This document shows positions 52,334-63,207 of a stretch of 64,000 nt of DNA, one piece after another. This DNA is from Haplodiscus bocki (lineage: Eukaryota): NCBI GenBank assembly GCA_965655095.1, contig OZ296651.1, positions 79,546,001 through 79,610,000 of the forward strand. Reading direction: 5' to 3'. A program made the position numbers and the translations under genes. Positions within the stretch are counted from its first letter, which is position 1. Each line of letters begins with the position of its first letter. Under the pieces are notes generated by a model. The model ran no database searches and was not told where the DNA came from. It was given only the letters and a program-made list of their open reading frames with translations.

Positions 52334-55300
52334 CTAGGTGAAAGAAAAACACTTCAAAACTTTGTTTTCATAGTTTGCTGAAAAAGGTTTGCATGTTTGG
52401 CGCAAATCCTTTCGTACGATCAAATATAACTCAGTATCACTTGAAATTATTACAACTCTTCTTCTCTTGGGTTGGGAAACATCCAACAGGGAGGGAGACC
52501 TCAGCGGCGAAAGGTCAATTAAGGGACTAGGGTTGATTGTCACATCATATTCTGAATCGAAATCTGGAAGGGAATCTTCTTTAGCTTCGATCTCAATGAA
52601 AGGGTTTCTTTGTCTAGGAGTTGAATATGCCGTTGTTTGTTCATCAAAGTCAGTGACTTCTTCCAGTTCACTTTCGGAGTAATCTCGTTGATGCATTCCA
52701 GGGTCAGGAGGAGTGAATATCTAATCTGAAATTTGTTTCAACTTCATGGTTGCTTCGTTCGCGGTCAGCACCATAGTTTGAAAGCGACGAGACACTGCTA
52801 CCAGGGGAAATTGTGAAGTCCCGGATAAGAGTAGACCAGGTTGGACTAATTTCTGGGTCTTCCTCTCGCTCTTCATCTCCCCAGCCATCGTCTTCCAGGA
52901 TTTCTTTAGGCAATTGCCAGTCTCTCATTTCGAAGTGGCCAAAAGGTAGACAATTTATGCCATCATTTGGTATGAAACGCTTGTCATCAAAAGCACTCAA
53001 TGATATTTTGTTTCGAATGGTTTGGAGGAGATGTTTCGAAGAGTCATTTCGTATGTTATTTGACCTTATGTGGTGACCACTCAGTAGAACACGTTTGTAG
53101 ACATCATGTTACAGTGAAGTTTGAGCGAACCGAGATACGCCTCTTGCTGACATCTTTTGCTGGTTCTCATGAACTATTGAGTATATTTTGGGTTTGAGAC
53201 CAATTAATTCTCGGATGACTTTCCCTGCCATCTCATCTTTGAATTTGAGTGTGACCATCTTGTTTGTGTCACAATGAGGACAGTCGTCCGGATAGTTAGA
53301 AAAGTCGAAGTGGTTTTGTAGCAAGGGGTCGTTTTCTATTTTCTCATAAAAATCCTGTGCTCTGATCTCATAAAATAGCGAGTAAGTGTCGGAATGCAAT
53401 AGTCAGAAGTCGAAGGTCTTCTCCATTACCTGTAATAAAACGTTTTTTATTCGATTGAGACTATTTCAAAAACCCTAGCCTCGGCTTCCGAACGTTTTGT
53501 CGTTGCATCTAGACTATTTTGCTTGGACACCTGATGAATATCGATTCAAACCATATCGGTGGAAAATACACCGGCTCTTCTTTTCGTCTTGGGGGTGAAA
53601 GTAGTGATTCTGATGTCTTATGCTTACCTTGTAATGGAATTCATACATATGGAACTTGGCAAGATCGAGTATGCAAGCGCCCACGAGAGTTGGCGTATCC
53701 CAGTAAATTTGTCCTCGGCGACTTGTAATTGCTACCAGATTTTCATCGAAGATGTTGATTGATTTCAACAAACCCTTATCAGAGTTTTCAAGTACGGCCT
53801 CTCTTCTCTCAACTAGTTTTACGTTTACCCTGTTTCGTTTGCTTTCAAGAGTTTATAAAATAACTCTTCGAACTTACTCTTTGACTGAGTTCGCCTTATG
53901 GTGTCCAAGCTGATGTAGGGCTCCAACCACTTTTCTCGTTTGAACTGTAGGACCCGATGTACTTTAGTAACTTTGAGACCGAGATCCACGTAGAGCTTTA
54001 GGGTAATGTAATGAACGGCGTAATTTCTCTTCGCGAATAATGTCTGTACAAACTTTGGCGTGGTAACACGTCTATTGCATGCTTGATCCAATAGACCCAT
54101 CTGATACTCGGACATATTGCGATCAAAGTTCTCTTTCGTTGGAGCCAGTGGAAAGTCTTTGTGAACATTGTGGAAGGCATCAGGATAGTCCAAGTCGACT
54201 TCTAATACGAAGCCAATTTCCGAGTCGTTTGCGGTCTTAAGAATTAGGCTAAGTTCAACGTCCACGATCTCAAACTCGCGCAAAGGCAGTGGAAATTTTT
54301 GCATGATTCCACCATAAAGATTGTTTGCATCCAGGAGGAAACCATATGTTCTTGCTTTTGTCTCGTCAAATCTTTCCAGGTATTTGTTGTTCATCGTTGC
54401 CAAACGCTTTGAAAACACTGAGGACACACCGCCTCTGATCAAGTTTTCAGCCATCTCCAAATGACTACGGTCCGTAAGCAATTTTACTCCTGCTTTACTA
54501 ACTTTTAGGGAAGCATCGCCAGAAAGATGAGAACATGCGTAATAGTGAGCACTATCCAATCCGTAAGTAGAGTACGTAACTTTTGGAAACTGCTCGACCA
54601 CACATGCAAGTACCAAAGTTTCCGTTGTTAGGTAAAGGTCGTGGTAACTACCGAGGTTTTCGCACCCAAACTTTTGTAAAACTTTTGTTGCATGTTGAAA
54701 GTCATCTGGAGTAATTAACACCTGACCATCTTGGAGAGAGTTCGTCCGTTTTTCTACACTGGGCAAGGATTTTTCCTGAAAACTCTCATGTGAATCGAAA
54801 TAAGAGTAGGGGTAAAAACCCTTTCCATGGAGTAGTTGCAAGTGTTCGGAACAATGTTGAGGAAAGTGATTATCCAATAAACTGAAGTTCTCTGCAGGTA
54901 AGTAACTCAGAAGTTTGACCAGGGATGAGCCCATAAATCTAAAGGAGTCGACGAAACGTAAATATTCATAGACATATTTTTCAACTCCCCGGCGGTCGGT
55001 GTAAGACGCAACTCATACCAATCGGAAGCGAAATGTATTTTTCATCGGTTATAGAAATGACTTGAATCTTGTGGGAAAAGGTGTAGATTTTTGCACATAA
55101 ATTGTAAATCATAATTCGAAAGATTATGACCGAATATCGGAATGCAGTTTACCGTGCGTCGTTTAAGGTTGCATTTACTGTGTGCGGAACCCAAGAACTT
55201 TCCGCTGGCATGACAGTGATCTAAAACTCTTGAGCTTTCAGCTAAATCTCTTACAAATGCAGCACTGATCGGAAGGAAACTGAGGTGATCCTGTGTAATT

Positions 55301-56869
55301 TCGATGTAATTGCCTCATCTCATAAATGTCTTTTGCAAGTTTTTGTAAGTTTTCGACGAACCTTTGCATACAATTAGACGATCTTTGCACTTTGAAAAAG
55401 ACAGGTTCCCGAAAGTTTTCCTCGATAATAAGCCAGCAAAATCAACAAGGATCATGTCTCTGTATAATCTCGCTTGAACTTCTCTCAGAAGTGTTGGAAC
55501 ATTTTGCTACAGGTCTGATGAGCGACTCAAAGTCAAAATACATAACATAGGGTGCCAACCACCTGAACTGGTAATTTTGAAATTGTAGGTTGTTTTTCGT
55601 TTCATCTAGTAGTTTAATAGTGACTGCTTCGATTTGCATTATGTCTCAATATGTATTTCGTGAAATTCAACTGTATAGCAAACATGAAAGCAGTTACCGC
55701 ATATTTTGCTACTGGATCGTCGAACTTGTTGTTTCAAATTGCTGACCAAAATTTTCAACTCTTTGATCAAAACTTAAAGGTAAGCTTGACCATCGCTCAG
55801 AAGAAGAAGGTCTAAAATGAATGGCAATTCCTGTCGTTTCAATATTCGCAGGGGAATTTGATTTTTCTGTTGGTAACGGAATACATTAACTTGACCTTGG
55901 TCAGGTTTTCAAACCTTAGGATTTGGTTGAAAGCCATCGGCAATTCCAAATCGCCAACTGGTTGATGTGTCATTGGATTAGATGGACAATATTTTTCTTG
56001 GTTCTTTCTCATTCGCCAACCGACATTTTCATACACACTCTGAGCATAAGTAGAATGGCACGCTGTCACGTAACAATAGAGGAAGAAGTTGTTAATTTCC
56101 CGATTCCTTATGTTCAACAGGCAATTCATACTTTGAGGGTCACTTAGCAATGCATGGTAGGATGAATCTCGAATGGTAACGTACGGAACTAGTTTAACGT
56201 AAAGACCATTGATATCTTTGAGCATTCACCCACTTCCAGGGCAAGTAAAACTGAACAGACTCGATAACAATTGATGAAACTTCGTGAAAAAAGCGTCCTC
56301 TGTGAGTCTCTCACCGAGATAGACTGTTTCCATTTTGGAGTTCATGTGAATCGTGAGATCAGTGGCATCTTCATCTTCTGAGGCAGGTTTTTCCAATTTT
56401 ACTCTTGCTGATAGCTGCACTTTTTTCGGTTCGGCTTGAACAGCTTCTTCTCTAATCTCATCAATCATTTGCTTTCGGTCTACCATGAACTGTAGGAAAC
56501 CATGATCACCGTTTGCTTCTAAGATGTACGTTTCCACTTACCACAAAAAGCATATGCTTGAGGTAGTTTGCGCTCCGACATTTGGGTTTGTGTAACTGGA
56601 GGCAACGAAAGAACTTGTTGTAAGTGTTTATTGAGAATTTTTGTATCAGAGAAGAGACTGTTGCAGTAAATGCAGAGCTTCTGTTTTGCTGTACCTTGTT
56701 TTTCTTCAACGTGTTTTTTCATTACGGCCAAAGAGTAACTTTTGAAAGGACATTCCATGCAGTTTCTCTGCTGTGACTTCGACGTTTCAAAGTTATGAAT
56801 ATTGCGAAGATGCCGATATAAGTTTTGCTCATTCGCAAATATTTTGCTGCAAAAATAACAGTTCAGCAT
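52334..56869 (-). pseudogene. polB: Maverick protein-primed family B DNA polymerase with N-terminal C2H2 zinc fingers, endonuclease VII-like domain and acidic C-terminal tail; multiply frameshifted
   Basis: Three C2H2 fingers (56519-56869); ExoI YFDFES; VLDHCHASGKFLGSAHSKCNL; HNLSNYD; KGFYPYSY; IRGGVS; LDANNLYG; YKLL.N; SDTYS (degenerate DTDS); KFKDEM..GLKPKIYS; SAFDDKRFI..DGINCLPFGH. Confidence 0.93.
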
Positions 56870-57658
56870 ATTTTCCGCTGCTGAGTTTATTGAACTGAAT
56901 TTGAAAATTTGAGGAATTAAAATTGTTCTCGCGTTTTGTTTACGATGTCTGTTTTGTTGACTAACGCTGCAGGCTAAATGTAAGTCATCTCATCAAATGG
57001 GTAACTATTGAAGAAGTTCTGAGTGTTTATGATAGTGTCTTTTGTCTTGATCTGGAAACAATTACCTCTCGTTCTTTTGTTTGTTCAAAAATAAACTTTT
57101 GCTGATGGCTTTTGCTCTCTTATCACCACTTTTACTATTCTGCATTTCAACTATGACTAGCTTCACACGCGCGATTTCTTTGAAGTTTGTTAATTCTGAT
57201 TTTACTGCCATCCGCTGACTGTAAATTATGCCCGAGTGGTTGCATTTTCTTTTGTTTTAGCGGAGGAAAGACCAATTGGTTTTATAGTATTAATCCTCAA
57301 AACGGAAGTTATTCTAGCTGAGGAATTTAAAAAATGTATAGAAAAAAATTTCTAGGGGAATATCGGAAAATGTAGAAGACAATCATGAATGTTTCTATCA
57401 ATTAACAGATAATTCAGAGTTTGGAAAGATCTGTCTTCACTTCTGGTGAAAATGTGGGACGTGATTCTAACATCTTACTTTTTGGCGCTGGAGGACATTC
57501 AGGAGAGTAGCAAGGCCTTTATTTCACAGGAGTTTCAAGATGAATGAATTCAGTACTGTCCTCATTACTATCTTCAATTGGGGTGTTGGAAATGGAGATG
57601 GCGGCCTTACTTCTTTCAGATGTGGGTATTGCGGTTTGCTAACTATCTGCAAATACGA

Positions 57659-58099
57659 CTATAACGTTTTCAAGTCCGACATATAACCAAACTGGTTCTC
57701 GGAAAGGGGTATATCTTCACAATCGAAACGGAATAAGACTTCGCGAACACTAACAGGTAATTCGCAACGGTCAACGTTTGAACGTAAATGAAAATTTTCC
57801 TCTGCAAGGCCCATATTTCCCAAAATGCTGACAATGTTAGGTGGGACGCTCTTGCTCTTCAACAAACCAACTATGTCTTTAGGTACGGATATGGAATTTT
57901 TGACGCTCCACTCGATCTGATTTCTCTTCTCTGACAGTCGCCACCGATTTATTGAACCAAGTTCCGAAAAAAGTATAACAATAGGAACAAGAAAACAACT
58001 GAAGGTTTGAATCTCTAGTTCCATTCTGTGAAAAATAGCTGTATACAAACTTGAACATTTGAAGTTGGATCTCGTGTAGTATCGAAAGTGTAAAATCAC
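57659..58099 (-). pseudogene. Maverick accessory ORF of unknown function
   Basis: 146-codon ORF co-oriented with the core viral genes; no recognisable motif. Confidence 0.35.
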
Positions 58100-58624
58100 T
58101 GTAAGAAAATTTTATAGAGGCACCCAGTTATCAAATTGACGATTTATTGAAATTTAGCAAGCTATCGAGAAAGGAAAATTAAAATGATGAAAAAGTGAAA
58201 TGGGTTTTTTGTTTACTTTACATGTAATGTCTACTAGACATTAGACATTTTGTTGACATATTGTCCAGACCTTGCAGGTGTAAGTGGTTATAGATTTGTT
58301 TACCTGTCGTAAAACGAATAATGCTTCTGATCTTGTCATTTATTCACAACCAAGGTTTCTGTGTAAACGACATATGAAATTTATAGTAAAACAAGTCCCT
58401 GCACGTTCCTATTTTCAAAGTATTTTGTACTAGTTTTTTTCTCCATTTCTGCCAATTACTATCACTGCTTGTTAACAAAATAGCCGTTCCTTTGTAACTT
58501 TAAAGTTCAAGCCCTTTTCATCAAGCATTCTCTGTCTGGTTTTATTTTAACACCTTGTGTCACTCAACTTTTCACGTTCCCTAGAAAAGAGTTTCCTGCT
58601 CGAAATTGCCTAACTGCTTAAAAA

Positions 58625-58980
58625 ATGAACCGTCCATTCTCTGCCACTACTGACAAAGATTTCGGGGATAGCTGCATCGATATTTCGAGAACTGAGAGGC
58701 GTCTCATACGAGTTACAACGAAAACCTATTCCAACACGGGGACCTACTTGTTTCTGGAACTTTTCGAAAAAGGAGTTGATGATGAGTCTTATCTGGATCA
58801 ACGATTTACACTCACTGCTTGAGTTTCATCAGTTGAGTAACCATAAAGAGAACATTGGAATGCAACCAGGACACGAAGAGGAGGATGTAATTCCAACTAT
58901 CAAGCGAGAGAAGCTATCTAACAAACAATTCTCTAAAATGCCCAGATTATGATTTTCTGGCAGTAACTCTATATAAAATT
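58625..58980 (+). pseudogene. PC4/Sub1-like ssDNA-binding protein (Maverick accessory), frameshifted
   Basis: IDISRTERRLIRVTTKTYSNTGTYLFLELFEK...YLDQRFTLTA/EFHQL follows the PC4 strand-strand-strand-helix pattern. By-eye match only. Confidence 0.5.
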
Positions 58981-58988
58981 TCATTTAA

Positions 58989-59625
58989 ATGTATTTGCCT
59001 GTGAACATACATCTTCCTTCATCAATTCATTCTTTGATGCCAAGAACATTTTTTTCTTTTTGAAACCATAAGTTCAGTCAATGAATGTTACCGAATGTGA
59101 ATTAGTTCTTTTTCAGTAACCGAAAATGGTTGAGGCTATATAGGAATAAACGCCCGAATTTTTCATGAAGCTTCGGAAAAAATTTCGTTATTTGTTTGGA
59201 AGAACCGCGTGTGGGGATAGATTTCGAAAACGACATATTTTGCTTTTGGTTTGCACTCTGAAGAAAGCGAATACTGTGACATTGAGCAAAAACATTATCA
59301 TCTTCTGGAATCAAGCTCCAAATTTCAAAAGCGGGGAAGAAGGTACGCTGTGCCAAGTTTATATTCAACTTTCTCGTTTCTGATACACACTACTAGTTAT
59401 TTAAAGTTAAACGGTGATACAATTGAAAAACTTATTCGAGCTGTATCATAAAACAAGAATCCGGTCAACAGGATCCCATTTTTCAGAAACACCAAACGAA
59501 TCCGCAAACGAGTCCCCGTAAGGAGAAAAGGAAACGAAAAATCAGCACAAACCAGCTACTTGTCTCCGGTTTTTCTCAATAGACTAAACCTGATACTTGA
59601 TGGTAATCATAGAGCCTTAGTTTAA
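58989..59625 (+). pseudogene. Decayed ORF with HUH-endonuclease-like motifs
   Basis: YFAFGLHSEESEYCDIEQKHYHLL and VPSLYSTFSFLIH; one frame runs 59041-59625 with a few stops. Confidence 0.35.
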
Positions 59626-59719
59626 AAAATTTTTGATAATTTTATTTCTGGCTCTGGTACTATAAACAATGAGTTTCTAGCTTTTGAGTCATCCTGTATT
59701 GCAAAAAAAACTCGAAAAC

Positions 59720-60122
59720 TATCCAAAAACCAAAAAACTCGATTAGCGGTATTACAGGGTAGTAACCACTGAAAACAAAGAGCGTTGTATATAGAATAAA
59801 GTCCACATCAGTTCGATGTAGGCGGCTGAAGTGGTTTTTGAATTACTTGTTGACAAATGAAATTTTCATAGGTTAGGCGCTTATTAACTTTCTTGTACTC
59901 ATCCAGGCGTAAGCCAAATAGGTCGCCGAATATGTAGATTCAGCCTTTGTGGCTTATCAAGAGCCTATGATTCCCTTCCTCATCAGAATTTTCGGAGTTC
60001 ACAAAATTGATAGTTGTCATTGAGTGGTATAGGAAATGTGTCTCTGCAGAGAATACCCCCACGAATCTATGTGTCAGGTACCTACACTTCGTAATCTGTA
60101 GTAAAATTGCGGTACTATCCAT
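59720..60122 (-). pseudogene. Adenain-type cysteine protease (Maverick PRO)
   Basis: FVGVFSAE...VNSENSDEEGNH(R)...FGDLFG...LQPPTSN*CGLYSIY in one frame with two stops; His/Asp/Gln-Cys catalytic motifs. Confidence 0.85.
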
Positions 60123-60147
60123 CAACACGCGGTTTCCAGCTTTGTGT

Positions 60148-61439
60148 TCAAAAAAATATTCTTGGAAACCTTCGAGAGGAGACAATGTAGATAGTAGAAG
60201 ACCGTTCACCTAGCAAAATCACTTCTACACTGTTTGTTAGTTGTGCTGAAAACCTTAAGCTAATAGAAATGGATCCATTTGTCAGCTCTGGGTACAGATA
60301 ATTATGGGATGCTTGTTGTGTGCTGACCAGGTTGAACACTAAAAAATAGTGATTAGCATAGTCGTTGTAAGGAACTCAATGACCATGTTGTCCGAAAGCT
60401 AGAGCTTCGAGCGAATTGAGGTAGAGTTTCTTATCACTCTCTGTTTGCAGTGGAGTTCCGCCAACAGGATAACCGTTACGATAAACTGTAATGCTGTTGT
60501 TATTGAATTTTTGGAAAAGGAAAGGATTTGCGCGCTTGGCTCCCAGAAAGGCCTCGTCTGTTGCATAGCTAGTGCAAACCCTCCAATGGGCTCACTAGGG
60601 AATACATCTACGTGACTCCCTTTCTGCACCTCTGTGGAAATCAGAAACGTTTCGGGTATGATCTTAGTATAACATGAAAGAGCAGGTGTTTTGGTTAATG
60701 TGGTCTCAATAGCTGAGTAAACGTTGTCACTAAGTGTCATTTTTCGACCGTATAAACTGGCTTGTATATTCTTGATTTTATATTCGTTTGATTCATCATC
60801 GTAAATTAATGCATATTCAGGTCGGTTTCTGAGGAACAAAATTCTCAGTGTAAATCAACTTTTCAGGAGTTTATCACATGAAAAACAGTCCGACGCAATT
60901 CTTCCAAAGAAAGATATCTCTGCGGACTCCCGAGTTTCAGCTGTCCTTGTAGTGAAAACTGTTTTGGTAAAGTCATCAGGTTGCTCTTCATAAGAATAAC
61001 CCTGACATTTCAACCAGGTATCTTTTGCTTCCTTGTTGTGTGAAAATTCTGTTTCATTGAAAGCTTTTTGACCGTAATTTCCATTAGCAGAAGGAATTTT
61101 GATGCCATTCGCAGTAATACTGCACTCAAAGAAAAGAGAATGTAGCGTATTATTAACAAAGAATGGTGAACCATTTGCCGAAGCATTACCTGCATCGTAT
61201 TCCAGTTTGTCACCATTAGGTATGAGAATCCTACATTTTACTTCGAGATAGATGTTTTGTAATTCGACGAAATTGGTTCGATCTCCAACTACTTCAAACT
61301 TCAGTGTGGCTCCATTTGGAGCATATACTGGACCAGTTTTCTGCTCGAATGATGTATTGGAAGTAATCAAAAGAGGGGGACGCTCGAAAATTTCCATTGA
61401 ACTGTGTGATGCTTGAACAGGTAATACGTTAGGTATCAT
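60148..61439 (-). pseudogene. Major capsid protein (double jelly-roll, hexon-like)
   Basis: SSMEIFERPP...LKFEVVG...VELQNIYLEVKCRI...NNTLHSLF...NYGQKAF.ETEFSHNKEAKDTWLKCQGY; continued in frameshifted ORFs 60399-60839 and 60148-60339. Confidence 0.85.
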
Positions 61440-62365
61440 TGTTTACTCGTGAAAAGAAATTTGACCGCCTTCTCTGTAGCTTCTTTTTTCGTTGACTGTT
61501 TCTTTTCACAGGTTTACTCTTCTTGATTGATGCACTTCCTCCAATTTGATTCTTCACTGTTCTTTTCACAGCTGACTTCGCTGCTTGTTTGGGAGATTTT
61601 TTTTCTCGTGGCAATATCCAACAAATCTGGTAAGCTTTGAACAAGGAAACCATTCTCGAGTATACTAATGACCAAATTGCGGGATTTATCACTGACCAAT
61701 GGCGCAAACGATGGAAAAGAGGGTTTAACAACTCCTTTCTCACGAACCTCACTGCAAGTGTACCAGCATTTAACGATATCTCTCCGATGATATGCGGCGA
61801 CTCATACACAGCTAATAAAATCTGCGAGTTCCTGATTGGCAATTCCCTAAAACTAGCCGACATGAAGTGGAAATTGAGTCTCTGTGCTTCACCGATGTGT
61901 GAATGTGATGAATCGGAAGAAACACCATTTCATTTCTTTTTAAACTGCAAACTACAATCTGCTAACAGACCAAATAACTGTACAAACCTGAACGTCTTTA
62001 ATCAAGACGATTGTATAAAACTGACTACACTCATACTAAGCTCGAAAAACTGGACTGAATAGAATTGTGTGAACTATGGTATCCACGTAGTTCAAATGTT
62101 ATCAAACTGTTCATACTTATAAATGAACAAAATGAAAATGTAAAATATCCTCCCGCAAATTGGGGTTGAAAGAATTTATATATATATATAATTGAACAAC
62201 TAATTCCTTACCTATCGATTTGAAAACTGGTAGAAGTACTTTTTTCGCGAAAGGTAATGCGACCTATCCAACTCCAGCGGCTAAGGATCCTAAACCGCTT
62301 CCTCTCTGTTTTGTGTGGCTCGATAATTGAGGCATGACAGCTTGCCGGGAATATTAAGACTGCAT
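61429..62365 (-). pseudogene. Basic core (pVII-like) protein of the Maverick, interrupted by a LINE fragment
   Basis: After removing 61645-62199 it reads MQS*YSRQAVMP...KQRGSGLGSLAAGVG*VALPFAKKVLLPVFKSIGKELVVQSLPDLLDIATRKK/SPKQAAKSAVKRTVKNQIGGS, followed by a K/R-rich tail. Confidence 0.7.
61645..62191 (+). mobile_element. 5'-truncated non-LTR retrotransposon with 8-bp TSD
   Basis: ORF2 C-terminus with QWRKRW and CCHC knuckle SPMCECDESEETPFHFFLNC, 3' UTR and (TA)n tail. TTGAACAA flanks both sides (61637-61644, 62192-62199). Confidence 0.88.
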
Positions 62366-62367
62366 TT

Positions 62368-63207
62368 TTAGAACCTGCGAAACTTCAGTGTTATCGCAAC
62401 ACGACCGGTTCCAACAAAACGGGACGTAATCTCTAGACACTGCAACTAAATCAAAAATTATTTCCCGGATTGTGTCCAGAATTAGCTTTTTAAACTGCAA
62501 TTCCAGAGATTTGTTTCGTTGCAGACCTGGTTCGTAGGTTACCGTTTGTTAGGCGTCTTTCTGTATCAATGACACGGAAGAGAAGTGCTTTAACTCCAGC
62601 TATGTGCTGGTGTTCAATGATATCACAGTTAACGAAGAAAATGTTGGTTCCTGCTGTAATATCTGCCAGATAATCACCCTTGATTGGTTGTGTTTGCTTC
62701 TTCACCTTGTTTTTGTTACCAAACAAATACCCACCTCGGTTGGGATCCAGCACTCCCTTGAACCTTAATACATCGAATAGACTTCCGTCATGAAGTTTTA
62801 ATCCATAACCATTTGTAAAATTGAAGTCTACACTGTCTTGTTCAATGCTAGAAGTAACAATGAGCCTCGTGCTTTTAGCAACCGCGACATGTAAACGCGT
62901 GACAATATCCTTGACAGTTTGGTATTCACCATCAGGAAAAGTTGCATAGTTTGAACAATCCTCACGTTCCACGATAACGCCTCCTGAGTTTGTCTTGCCT
63001 GTTGATGTTGAAATAATGAATGGAGTTTTCGATGTGTATACGAAGTACATTCTTGATGCTTGTTGGGAAAATTATTTGTGTCAAAGCCACTCTCCAATCT
63101 TCTAGTTGTAAAGGTTCAGCGAGCACGTAGCTGAGCCATGCCATTGTGTTTTGTCGAGAAGTTTCCCTTGAACCGGTTGACTCTAAATATATGTCAAACT
63201 CATCCAT
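62368..63207 (-). pseudogene. Minor capsid (penton-like) protein
   Basis: FDIYLESTGS...QNT...LAEPLQLEDWRVALTQIIFP; DITAGTNIFFVNCDIIEHQHIAGVKALLFRVI; C-terminal GTGRVAITLKFRRF*. Frameshifted. Confidence 0.8.

Noticed and set aside
51324-52381. Multiple overlapping long ORFs on both strands
   Set aside because: By-product of a stop-free 27-bp repeat; indels shift frames freely.
59102-59368. Maverick packaging ATPase on the minus strand
   Set aside because: No Walker A/B or FtsK/A32 motifs; the plus strand gives the more coherent frame.
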